Below are positions 20,364-29,452 of a stretch of 64,000 nucleotides of DNA, in pieces. Made by a program: the position numbers and the translations under genes. Source of the DNA: an uncultured bacterium (GTDB lineage Bacteria; Chlamydiota; Chlamydiia; Chlamydiales; SM23-39); the NCBI GenBank assembly GCA_963716985.1, contig OY970323.1:1888001-1952000 (forward strand), read 5' to 3'. How positions within the stretch are numbered: the stretch's first letter is position 1; every line of letters begins with the position of its first letter. The notes below the pieces were generated by a model that had not been told where the DNA came from, ran no database searches, and worked only from the letters and a program-made list of their open reading frames with translations.

Positions 20364-21206
20364 TTAAAGTAAAGAATCGATGATGCCCGCCATGATCAAA
20401 TCATTGTCGGTCACGCCGCCGGCCGCATGAGTCGAAAGCGTTACTTTGACCTTGTCATAGAGCAAGGTTAAAGTGGGATGATGCCCCTCTTCCTGTGCAA
20501 CAAGCGCGATGAGATCGAGAAAATATTGGGCCTCCAAATAATCGGGGAAGACAAACTCTTTGACGATCTTTTTCTCCTCGATCCATTGCCATCCTTTCTG
20601 TTTGGAAAGAGCCTTTCCCACTTCTTCTTTTGACAAAGGAACCACCCTTCCTTCGCAAGGAACGCAATGATGGGGCGTAAATTTTTGAGCCGTCGTTGGA
20701 TGTTGGACCACTTTTTTCAATTGATCCATCACCTCTTTGTAATTGGGAGCAGAGGTGAGCTCTTCGACAACTTGCACATAGCGAATGACATTGTTTCGAT
20801 CTAGGACCATCACCGACCGGGCCAGAAGATTCAGCTCCTTGATCAAAAGTCCATAGTTGATGCCGAAAGAAGAGGTTTTGTAATCGGAAAGCACATCTAT
20901 ATTCTTGATTGCAAAATGTTCGCAAAACCGCTTTTGCGCGAAGGGCAGATCTTTGCTGATCGCAACAATCACCACATCGCTCGACAATCCCCCCGCCCGT
21001 TGATTAAACTCCTTCACCTGCAGATCGCAAACGGAAGTATCTAACGAAGGAAAGGAGGTGACCACTTTGATCTTGTCCTGAAAATCGGCCAAACTCTTCT
21101 CTTGCATATCTTGCGCTACAACGTGGAAATCGGGAGCGAATTCTCCCAAAGAAATTTTTCTTCCAACTAATGTGAGCTTTTTACCCTGAAAAGTGATCGT
21201 TCTCAT
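20364..21206 (-). CDS. tpx: Thiol peroxidase Tpx fused to a pterin-4a-carbinolamine dehydratase domain
   Basis: PSLDTSVC, ISKDLPFAQKRFC; C-terminal CVPC...EGHHP...STHAAGGVTDND. Confidence 0.88.
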   Translation of the reverse strand: MRTITFQGKKLTLVGRKISLGEFAPDFHVVAQDMQEKSLADFQDKIKVVTSFPSLDTSVCDLQVKEFNQRAGGLSSDVVIVAISKDLPFAQKRFCEHFAIKNIDVLSDYKTSSFGINYGLLIKELNLLARSVMVLDRNNVIRYVQVVEELTSAPNYKEVMDQLKKVVQHPTTAQKFTPHHCVPCEGRVVPLSKEEVGKALSKQKGWQWIEEKKIVKEFVFPDYLEAQYFLDLIALVAQEEGHHPTLTLLYDKVKVTLSTHAAGGVTDNDLIMAGIIDSLL

Positions 21207-21450
21207 AAAACACTTCCTTCTTGAAGGATTTTGGAGTCGAATCTTGATCGCCGGCGCTTCTTTGCTGACTCTAAAGCTATATTTTCTCCATCGCAAGTTT
21301 TTTGATCGCTTAAAGGCCCTCGTACATTCGAAAATGCGCGCAAAAGAACCGAGATTCTCTACTACAACATCTATTGCAAAACATTCCTTCTGCGCAAGGA
21401 AAATTTAGGAAGTCCTTATTGATAAGAGATCTTCTAAAAAAACGAATCGT

Positions 21451-21927
21451 TTAGAGAGGTAGTTTGTTGGATCGGAAAAGATCAGTCAAGATCCTTTTGA
21501 TGCTGAAAAGAATCTCTTTGCCCTCTTCAAGCCCTTCGACCTCTTCTTGAGAAAACCAGCGAAGCTCCTTGATTTCCTTGAGCTCAGGATTTCCTTCTTT
21601 TTTTGATAAAAGCCGCGCGAGATAAAAGAAATCGATATGCTGATGGGCAGGTTTATCTTTGTGCTCAGGAATATTCTCGAGCAGGCAAAGATAGGGTCTG
21701 CAAAAGCTACTGGCTTCCCTCGATTCGATCCAGTGATTTTCCTCCGGCACGATTGCGATTTCCAGGCCCGTTTCTTCTCTGGTTTCTCGGCATGCAGCTT
21801 CCGGGGGCGTCTCATTCAAATCCACATGGCCGCCGGGAGGAAGCCACGAGTTGAGTTTTTTGTGAAAAACCAGAAGAACTTTCTTCCGATCAAAAACAAA
21901 CGCAGTTGCCGTAAAATGCTTTTCCAT
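21451..21927 (-). CDS. NUDIX hydrolase
   Basis: Nudix box GGHVDLNETPPEAACRETREETG. Confidence 0.92.
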   Translation of the reverse strand: MEKHFTATAFVFDRKKVLLVFHKKLNSWLPPGGHVDLNETPPEAACRETREETGLEIAIVPEENHWIESREASSFCRPYLCLLENIPEHKDKPAHQHIDFFYLARLLSKKEGNPELKEIKELRWFSQEEVEGLEEGKEILFSIKRILTDLFRSNKLPL

Positions 21928-21983
21928 TGAAGCTCCCTGCTGATTTGTTCAAAAATTTTTTGTCAAAAAAATTCTTAAAAAAA

Positions 21984-22056
21984 TGCCTGAAAGAGGACTC
22001 GAACCTCCAACCTACGCGTTACGAATGCGCCGCTCTGCCGGTTGAGCTATTCAGGC
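21984..22056 (-). tRNA. tRNA-Thr(CGT)
   Basis: Revcomp GCCTGAATAGCTCAACCGGCAGAGC...TT CGT AA...GGTTCGAGTCCTCTTTCAGGCA cloverleaf. Confidence 0.9.
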
Positions 22057-22134
22057 AAGAAGGAAAAGACTACGGAATATTCTCTTTTCACTCAATTGCT
22101 TTTTCTGAAGAGCGCTTTTTGCTATAAAGGAAGC

Positions 22135-23493
22135 ATGTTTAAAGATAAAAAAATCTCTGCACTTCTTCTTATGGGCGGGTCCGGATCGCGCTTTGGAAGC
22201 CATCTTCCCAAGCAGTTCCATCGCCTATCGGGAAAAAGAGTCTACTTTTATGCCTTAGAGGCCCTTGTCAAAAGCGCTCTTTTTGACGAGATACTCCTCC
22301 TCTGCCCGAAGGATTGGAAGGAAGCTGTTTTGCAAGAAACAAAAGGACTTCCCGTCAAAGTCCTAGAGGGCGGAATAACACGCCAAGAATCTTCCTACCA
22401 AGGGCTGATCCACTGCTCCAAACCGGACATTGTCTTGATACACGATGCCGTGCGCCCCTTTGTTTCCCAAAAAATACTGCTGCAAAACATCGAACAGGCA
22501 CTTTTGCATGGCGCCGTCGATACCTGCATTACCTCTGCCGATACCATCATCTATTCCGAAGATCAACAAACACTCTCTTCCATTCCCGATCGAAAAAAAC
22601 TCCTTCGCGGCCAAACGCCGCAAACCTTTTCCTATCCTCTCATTCTTTCCGCTCACCGAAATGCCCTTGAAAAAAACCTGTCCAACATTTCCGACGATTG
22701 CAGACTTGTCGTGGATATGGGGAAAAAAGTTGCCATCGCAGAGGGCGAAGAGGCCAATATCAAAATTACTTCCAAGCTCGATCTTTTCCTCGCAGAACAG
22801 CTTCTGCGCATTCATCCAAAAATCCCCAGATCCTTATCCGGCAGTCTAAAAAACAAGCATTTCCTTCTCATCGGAGCCAGCGGCGGAATCGGCAGCGCCA
22901 TTTTTTCTCACCTCCAACAAGAGGGGGCGCTTGTTTCCTGCGTTTCGCGCCATTCCGCCTATCGCATGGATCTGAGAGATCCGCAAAGCATCGAATCCTT
23001 TTTTCATACATTTCATCAGACATTCGGTCCGATCGACGGACTCATCCAAAGTGCAGGACTTCTAAAAGTAAAACCTTTGGATCGCCTCTCCTATGCAGAG
23101 ATTGAAGAGATGATCCATGTCAATCTTTCGGGGCTCATCTACTCCTGCAAGCTTGTGCAAATCAAAGAAAAGGGCCATATCATCAATATCGCCTCCTCCT
23201 CCTTTTCTCGCGGAAGAAAAGACCAGTCCGTCTACTCTGCGACAAAGGCCGCCGTGGTTAATTTCACCCAAGCGCTCGCAGAAGAAAGGCCCAATCTTTA
23301 TATCAATGCCCTGGTCCCCGAGCGGACCGACACTCCCATGAGAAAGGCAAATTTTCCTCATGAAAATAGCGATGATCTGATTTCTCCAAAAACGGTGGCG
23401 ACTGCCTTAGGTCAGCTCTTAAAAGATTCCTCTCTCACAGGATCGATCATCGAGGTCAAAAAAAATTCTTCTACCGCCCAAGATCCCGCTTAA
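22135..23493 (+). CDS. Bifunctional IspD/TarI-type cytidylyltransferase + SDR reductase (Bcs1-like)
   Basis: GGSGSRF..PKQF, IHDAVRP, GQTPQTF, NIKIT; C-terminal GASGGIG, YSATK. Confidence 0.88.
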   Translation: MFKDKKISALLLMGGSGSRFGSHLPKQFHRLSGKRVYFYALEALVKSALFDEILLLCPKDWKEAVLQETKGLPVKVLEGGITRQESSYQGLIHCSKPDIVLIHDAVRPFVSQKILLQNIEQALLHGAVDTCITSADTIIYSEDQQTLSSIPDRKKLLRGQTPQTFSYPLILSAHRNALEKNLSNISDDCRLVVDMGKKVAIAEGEEANIKITSKLDLFLAEQLLRIHPKIPRSLSGSLKNKHFLLIGASGGIGSAIFSHLQQEGALVSCVSRHSAYRMDLRDPQSIESFFHTFHQTFGPIDGLIQSAGLLKVKPLDRLSYAEIEEMIHVNLSGLIYSCKLVQIKEKGHIINIASSSFSRGRKDQSVYSATKAAVVNFTQALAEERPNLYINALVPERTDTPMRKANFPHENSDDLISPKTVATALGQLLKDSSLTGSIIEVKKNSSTAQDPA

Positions 23494-23737
23494 ATGAAAC
23501 AAAATTTTTTTTCCTATGCTCCCAACAAAAGAGAATCCGCCGGCTCAGACAGCCGCATTGGATCGCAAAGACCTTCCCTTGACTCTACAAAGGCTGACTC
23601 AAAAATTTTTATTTAAAAACAAGCTTATATTTTAAAATATGAGAAAAGTAAAAAAATGCTTTTGTTGATATAAATCAGAAAACATATTATAATATACTTC
23701 ATATTAATAAAATAAATCGCAAACAATAGGTTCTTTC

Positions 23738-24679
23738 ATGCTCCCAAACATCAAAAACAATCCATGGCTCAATCCCTGGGCCTTCCCAGACTCCCTCTTG
23801 AAAAAAGAAGTCGGAATGACTTCTTATGGACTGCATGCAGCAACAAACCTATCGGCCAAAACAACATCAATTGCAAACCCATTTGCTAAAACAATTGCGA
23901 AAATTGGCGCCTTTACTATCGATTTTTTGCAACTGCTCATAAAGTTGAGGCGTAAACTTTTTTTGAACGCTTCCGTCCTCTATGGATAAACCGTTGCTTA
24001 AAGCCCAAAAATTGGGATTTACCTCAACTTTATGAGCAGTTGCGATTTTTTCACAGCTTTTATCTACATTCCCGTCGGCTTTGTCTATTACCACACCATC
24101 GGGACCATCCAAAACGTCTGCATTAGAAAGGCAAATAAAAAACTTCAAAAGAAAGCCGCAAAATCATGGACGCCCACGTCTTACAAAGCATTTGCTGTGG
24201 ACGCGGTCATTGTTACCTCTGTTTTGGCCCTCGGAATCCTTGGTACCAAATATTTCTGTTCGGTAGCAAAATCATCCATTAATCAGAAACCAAACGGCAT
24301 CCAAATACCAGAAGCACAGCCACCCGCTGTTCCTGTTCCAATAGTACCCAATCCAGCAGCAGCTGCTACACCGATAGAAGCAAAGACGCCGCAAGTTGTA
24401 GATGTTAATATTCGTATAATTTCACCAGAAGCAAGGGCGCAACAGCCAGAAGCAAGGCCTGCAGAAAAGTCAAGCTTTGACTGGAAAACATGCGCAATTG
24501 GCGTCGGTATTGTATTCTTTGCGGCAAAAAAGGCTCTTTATCATTATCGCAAACAGAAAGTCCCTCAAATACCATTCTCCAACAAGGCGTATCAAACGCG
24601 TTCTCTCACCTTGGTTACAGATCCTGAAGGAGAGACTGCAGCGATAATGACCGCAAGCTCGCTCAGAGATCTACAATAA
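23738..24679 (+). pseudogene. Membrane protein gene (272 aa when reconstructed) interrupted by a 115-bp MITE
   Basis: ORFs 23738-23989 and 24032-24679 share a frame; removing the MITE plus one TSD (123 nt) joins them: ...AFTIDFFTAFIY... Confidence 0.8.
23929..24043. mobile_element. 115-bp MITE with 22-bp TIRs and 8-bp TSD GATTTTTT
   Basis: GCAACTGCTCATAAAGTTGAGG ... CCTCAACTTTATGAGCAGTTGC; matching copy at 55670-55784. Confidence 0.95.
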
Positions 24680-25040
24680 TAAGCCCCAATTTTCTTTCTC
24701 ATGCTCTCTCAAAACACCCGTCCCAATAGCACACAATACTACAATCATGTTCATTTCTGATCTTAAAAAAGCATAGAAAAAATCCTCGTTTTTCCAAGAG
24801 CCAGATCGAGCGGATCTTTTCTCTATGCAAGGCATTCTCTTTCTGCCAAACGTCTCGCTATCACTCTAGACATTTTCCTAAAAAGCAGTTTGTGCCCAAT
24901 CTCCCTTCTATCGCCATGTCGGAACTCAGCGGCATTACGGCAAGTCTGGAAAATAAGAGAATCGCTCCCCATTCCATGATGAAAAAACGGTACACTGTGT
25001 GCCTTTCGACTACTCTGAATTGCGACCAATCTGACCAGCC

Positions 25041-25069
25041 TTGACAGAAAGTTATTCTGAAGTCATTAT
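25041..25069 (+). promoter_or_regulatory. Sigma70/sigma66-like promoter, repeated at about 25923 and 26519
   Basis: TTGACA-17 nt-CATTAT upstream of each 'A' gene copy. Confidence 0.5.
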
Positions 25070-25100
25070 TTTCCCCATAAATTTTAATCGCGAGGTGCAA

Positions 25101-25511
25101 ATGACAGCTACAGAAAGTTCTCCTTCATTGGGTTCAATTTTGAAAATAGCAGGGGTCGGTGGATGTGTCGTAGGAGGAACCCTCATGGGAGGTCCTGTCA
25201 TTGGTGTTGTGGGAGGTGCTGCCGGATTGACTGTTTTGGCAATAAACGCCATTTGTAAGGAAAAAAATGTTAGGAGTGTTGAAGAAAATAGTGCAACAGC
25301 TGTTGGGCTACTGATTAGCTGTACCATCAGTTTGATAAGCACTGTAGTTTTTCAAAATGCATCTTCTTCGGAATGTGGAAAAATGCACCAGAATTCCGAT
25401 AGTAATTTTTTTCAAGCAACATGTTATGGTTCTTCCGCCTTGTATTATGTGAGCATCGCGAGCGTAATTTATTTCATTGGAAGCGCCGCGATCTGGAAAT
25501 TTTTTCGTTAG
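25101..25511 (+). CDS. Small Gly-rich membrane protein, copy A1
   Basis: MTATESSPSLG...; long hydrophobic stretches; GAGGT RBS. Confidence 0.8.
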   Translation: MTATESSPSLGSILKIAGVGGCVVGGTLMGGPVIGVVGGAAGLTVLAINAICKEKNVRSVEENSATAVGLLISCTISLISTVVFQNASSSECGKMHQNSDSNFFQATCYGSSALYYVSIASVIYFIGSAAIWKFFR

Positions 25512-25521
25512 GAGGATAAAA

Positions 25522-25854
25522 ATGAGCACAACAAATAGTGTTCTTTGTTTTTCCCCAATTAAAGAATGGCAAAATTTTAAAGAAAGCTACCAAGCATGGG
25601 GGCAAATACTTCCCAAAAGCATTAAGGAAAACGCTAAAATTCTGTTAATTGCAAATGCTGGTTTTTTGATTATAGCCGCAATTTTTGCATATATAGGCTT
25701 TCCAAACCCCGATGTACGGCTTGCTGTATTGGGTTCTTTTGGTATCATTCTTCTTTGCGACCTGGCATTTTGTTTTATCATGCAAGGTTTTCTCGTTTTA
25801 AGGATCGTTCAAGCATTTTGTCCTTTTTCTTTTTTAACGAAAGCTGATCGATAA
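25522..25854 (+). CDS. Small membrane protein, gene B
   Basis: AGGAGG RBS, two hydrophobic segments; followed by hairpin GCGTAGTGC...GCACTACGC. Confidence 0.75.
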   Translation: MSTTNSVLCFSPIKEWQNFKESYQAWGQILPKSIKENAKILLIANAGFLIIAAIFAYIGFPNPDVRLAVLGSFGIILLCDLAFCFIMQGFLVLRIVQAFCPFSFLTKADR

Positions 25855-25984
25855 GGCGTAGTGCAGTAGCAGAGCACTACGCGTCTCCCTATTACTCTGA
25901 ATTGCGACCAATCTGACCTTCCTTGACAGAAAGCTATTCCGGGTTCATTATTTTTCCCATAAATTTGAACCATGGAGTGTAATA

Positions 25985-26395
25985 ATGACAGCTACAGAAA
26001 GTTCTCCTTCATTAGGATCTATGTTTGGGATAGCCGGGGTCGGTGGATGTGTTGTTGGAGGAACCCTCATGGGAGGCCCTATCGTAGGTTTTTTTGCTGG
26101 TGCTGCCGGATTGACTGTTTTGGCAGTAAACGCCATTTATAAGGAAAAAAATGTTAGGAGTGTTGAAGAAAATAGTGCAACAGCTATTGGGCTACTGATT
26201 AGCTGTACCATCAGTTTGATAAGCACTGTAGTTTTTCAAAAAGCCTCTTCTTCGGAATGTGGAAAAATGCAACAGAATTCCGATAGTAATTTTTTCCAAG
26301 CAACATGTTATGGTTCTTCCGCCTTGTATTATGTGAGCATCGCGAGCGTAATTTATTTCTTTGGAAGCGCTGCGATCTGGAAATTATCTCATTAG
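25985..26395 (+). CDS. Small membrane protein, copy A2
   Basis: Paralog of A1. Confidence 0.8.
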   Translation: MTATESSPSLGSMFGIAGVGGCVVGGTLMGGPIVGFFAGAAGLTVLAVNAIYKEKNVRSVEENSATAIGLLISCTISLISTVVFQKASSSECGKMQQNSDSNFFQATCYGSSALYYVSIASVIYFFGSAAIWKLSH

Positions 26396-26580
26396 AAGGA
26401 TCGTTCAAGCATTTTGTCCTTTTTCTTTTTTAACGAAAGCTGATCGATAAGGCGTAGTGCAGTAGCAGAGCACTACGCGTCTCCCTACTACTCTGAATTG
26501 CGACCAATCTGACCTTCCTTGACAGAAAGCTATTCCGGGTTCATTATTTTTCCCATAAATTTGAACCATGGAGTGTAATA

Positions 26581-26991
26581 ATGACAGCTACAGAAAGTTC
26601 TCCTTCATTAGGATCTATGTTTGGGATAGCCGGGGTCGGTGGATGTGTTGTTGGAGGAACCCTCATGGGAGGCCCTATCGTAGGTTTTTTTGCTGGTGCT
26701 GCCGGATTGACTGTTTTGGCAGTAAACGCCATTTATAAGGAAAAAAATGTTAGGAGTGTTGAAGAAAATAGTGCAACAGCTATTGGGCTACTGATTAGCT
26801 GTACCATCAGTTTGATAAGCACTGTAGTTTTTCAAAAAGCCTCTTCTTCGGAATGTGGAAAAATGCAACAGAATTCCGATAGTAATTTTTTCCAAGCAAC
26901 ATGTTATGGTTCTTCCGCCTTGTATTATGTGAGCATCGCGAGCGTAATTTATTTCTTTGGAAGCGCTGCGATCTGGAAATTATCTCATTAG
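26581..26991 (+). CDS. Small membrane protein, copy A3
   Basis: Identical protein to A2. Confidence 0.8.
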   Translation: MTATESSPSLGSMFGIAGVGGCVVGGTLMGGPIVGFFAGAAGLTVLAVNAIYKEKNVRSVEENSATAIGLLISCTISLISTVVFQKASSSECGKMQQNSDSNFFQATCYGSSALYYVSIASVIYFFGSAAIWKLSH

Positions 26992-27001
26992 GAGGATAAA
27001 A

Positions 27002-27082
27002 ATGAGCATAGCAGCAAATAGTGTTCTTTGTTTTTCCCCAATTAAAGAATGGCAAAATTTTAAAGAGGGCTGTCAATCATTG
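27002..27082 (+). pseudogene. 5' stub of a second gene-B copy, cut by a group II intron
   Basis: ATGAGCATAGCAGCAAATAGTGTTCTTTG matches the gene B start; the gene B 3' end (GCTGATCGATAA) reappears at about 27486. Confidence 0.8.
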
Positions 27083-27490
27083 GTCGGGTAGCCCAAGGGA
27101 ACTTCCCCCTTAGGCTCCCACGGATCCGTACGTGAAACTCTCGTTTCATACGGCTCTTATTATTCAGCAAGGAGGTTTCACCATTTTCCAATGCCCATAT
27201 AGCTGAGGATTGTTTTTCGCAACTTTCCCCAACAGATTCATGGCTCTTCCAAAGTGTCCTCTCATCTTTTTATACTTCCTTTTTACCCATCTCGTTAATT
27301 CCTCATTTACGTGATAAAGGACTGGTCTCATTTCAGATCTGAAAAATCTGCCATAGTAATTGATCCACCCTCGTACTATAGGATTGATTTCTCTGGCCAG
27401 TTCTTCCAACGTTTTCCGAGTGGCCAGATGCAATCTCCACTTCCTGATAGTCTCGTACATCTTCTTCTTTGCCTTATTGCTCACAGCTGA
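27083..27490 (-). mobile_element. 3' remnant of an RT-encoding group II intron (maturase C-terminus, DV, DVI)
   Basis: DV GAGCCGTATGAAACGAGAGTTTCACGTACGGATC (27123-27156), DVI ending CTACCCGAC; maturase peptide LAREINPIVRGWINYYGRF. Confidence 0.92.
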
Positions 27491-27632
27491 TCGATAAAGT
27501 GCTGCGGCAATAGCAGAGCACTGGATCTTCATACTGCTCTGCAAACAATAGATGAACCACCAGGACTTTTTCCTTGAATTCAGTAGGAAAGAGCGATGAT
27601 CCAATTCATGCGCATTCCAGAATAGGCAATTC

Positions 27633-28706
27633 TTAGCTTTTTGAAGATGCGCCGTCGGGATAAATCCATGCGGAAATGATCGGAGGAAGCAATCCTATTG
27701 AACCTAAAGTTACGGCCCATCCCAGCTCTTTTGGAAAGGACACAAAAAAAGATAGAATAGCTGTCTGGATAGATTCTGGGCGCAGTTTAACTGGTTCCCA
27801 GAGCCCCCGTTTTCATCCCGGACGGTCGGATTTCCCGAATCCGGTTGGCGTTCTTGACTTTTCATAAAGGCGCCTTCCATTTCTTAGTGGGTTAGATAAC
27901 GTTAGCGCTTATCATCCCTACTAATATTGTTTGCACCCCTACTTCGATATGCTATTTGCTGACACCTTCCTGAGGCTCTGAGTCCCCTTGTTGCCAACAA
28001 TCTCATATCCATCAAGTACCGAGAGTTCCTTCGCCCGCACCATCAGGTATTAATCTGCATGCGGAATGATCTTTTTTTTTCATCATTTGAAAAGTCGTTA
28101 CACTTTCCTCATCGCTACTACGAACTCATGCGCCGATCCATCCTCCTCTTCTTGTCTTCGCTTGTACACTATTACAAGAGGTCTTTGCAGCTTATCGCTA
28201 ATTCTTGCCGGAAGATGGACCTTCCCGACTTTATCCTATAATTCTTTCATTAGGTGCTTGATCCCATATCCCGGTGGTATCTACATTGCTTTTGATCGTT
28301 TCTTCACGTAAATCATTGCCCTTCCCTGACGTACTAATAGGTCGGATTAACCACAACAACCCCTCCAACAACTTCTGGAAGGAAGACTCTTTCGGAACTG
28401 CAGATATTCTCTTATGTTCAGGCCCCTAATTTTGCTTGCCGTTCTGGTTGTTCCTACCAATGATTCTCAAGTGTCCTCATTAGCAGCCACGGCGTTTACA
28501 TCCAGGCTATACAAGCGTTGTTACCACCGCTTGTCTCGGATATGCTACTCATCCAAACCGATCAATTGATGAGGAGAGAACTTTCATCTCTCTAGAATTA
28601 TAATATTATCGGCCGCTACCAGTACGCAAAGAGCTACAAAAGCGATCTTTAGATTCAACGAGGCTCTTTTTTCGACAATTGTTATTCTTCCCTCAAAAGC
28701 TTTCAT
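27633..28706 (-). CDS. Putative 68-aa membrane protein split by the ORF-less intron (exons 28706-28630 and 27762-27633)
   Basis: Spliced: MKAFEGRITIVEKRASLNLKIAFVAL|AILSFFVSFPKELGWAVTLGSIGLLPPIISAWIYPDGASSKS*; the hydrophobic helix is continuous across the junction. Confidence 0.5.
27763..28629 (-). ncRNA. ORF-less group II intron (867 nt)
   Basis: 5' TTGCG, DI-like elements (GAGATGAAAGTTCTC, CCACCGGG), DIII GAGTTCGTAGTAGCGATGA...GCGAAGGAACTC, short DIV without ORF, DV CAACCGGATTCGGGAAATCCGACCGTCCGGGATG, 3' CTATCCAGAC. Confidence 0.82.
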
Positions 28707-28737
28707 CCCGTGAGAAGAAGTATAAATCACGCATCCC

Positions 28738-28768
28738 AAAAAAACCCAACCACCAACAGCGATTAGGG
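28738..28768 (-). terminator. Downstream part of the tRNA-Lys rho-independent terminator, split by IS607
   Basis: Reconstructed empty site AAACCCTAATCGC-TGTTG-GTGGTTGGGTTTTTTT forms a hairpin plus U-tract. Confidence 0.65.
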
Positions 28769-28840
28769 CTTGTAGCAGCTTGATAAAATATGCGTAAATT
28801 TGAGAAAATTTATGCAAATTTGCATAGGTATTAAGAAAAA

Positions 28841-29452
28841 ATGAAAATAAGTATTGGCAAGGCGGCTTCCCTCCTTGGAGTTTCAAAGGATACCCTTCGA
28901 AGATGGGAAAGAGAGGGCAAGATCCATTCCAAAAGAACCGTCAAAGGTCACAGACGATATGATGACGGTGAACTCACCGGCCTGAAGCGAAGGGGCAGTC
29001 CGGACAACAAAATCACGCTCGGATATGCCAGAGTCTCTTCCTATGATCAAAAAGAGGATCTCCAAAGACAAGTAGCGCTTCTTGAATCCTACTGTGCTGC
29101 CAATGGCTGGTCTTGTGAAATTCTCCAAGATCTCGGATCGGGTCTCAACTATCAAAAAAAAGGTTTGAAGCTTTTGATCAAAAGAATATGCTCTTCTGAT
29201 ATTCAAAGGCTGGTGTTGACCCACAAAGATCGCCTCCTTAGATTTGGATCGGAGCTGATCTTTTCACTCTGTGAGCAATTTGGCGTGGAGGTAGTGATCA
29301 TCAATGCTTCGGAAAACACCTCTTTTGAAGATGACCTTGTCCAAGATGTTTTGGAGATCATAACGGTATTCTCGGCAAGACTCTACGGATCAAGATCAAA
29401 AAAGAATAAAAAACTTATAGAGTCTCTGAAAAATGCAGCAGAAAGATTGTAA
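28841..29452 (+). CDS. tnpA: IS607 transposase (MerR-like HTH + serine recombinase)
   Basis: AASLLGVSKDTLRRWE, GYARVSS..QKEDL.RQ, DRLLRFG, VFSARLYG. Confidence 0.95.
   Translation: MKISIGKAASLLGVSKDTLRRWEREGKIHSKRTVKGHRRYDDGELTGLKRRGSPDNKITLGYARVSSYDQKEDLQRQVALLESYCAANGWSCEILQDLGSGLNYQKKGLKLLIKRICSSDIQRLVLTHKDRLLRFGSELIFSLCEQFGVEVVIINASENTSFEDDLVQDVLEIITVFSARLYGSRSKKNKKLIESLKNAAERL

Larger units (their letters stand above)
25800..26991 (+). repeat. Near-perfect 596-bp tandem duplication
   Basis: Starts at 25985 and 26581 are 596 apart; the encoded proteins are identical. Confidence 0.95.

Noticed and set aside
24700..25030. Possible decayed gene upstream of the A1 promoter
   Set aside because: No convincing frame or motif by eye.
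25041..27530. Integron-like cassette array
   Set aside because: No attC R'/R'' boxes or integrase seen; the units carry promoters and are explained by tandem duplication.
27164..27604. 146-aa ORF as a real gene
   Set aside because: Chimera of intergenic sequence and a maturase tail created by deletion.
28584..28886. 100-aa ORF as listed
   Set aside because: It spans the IS607 left end, the terminator and the intron 5' end; only the part from 28706 to 28630 is a plausible exon.
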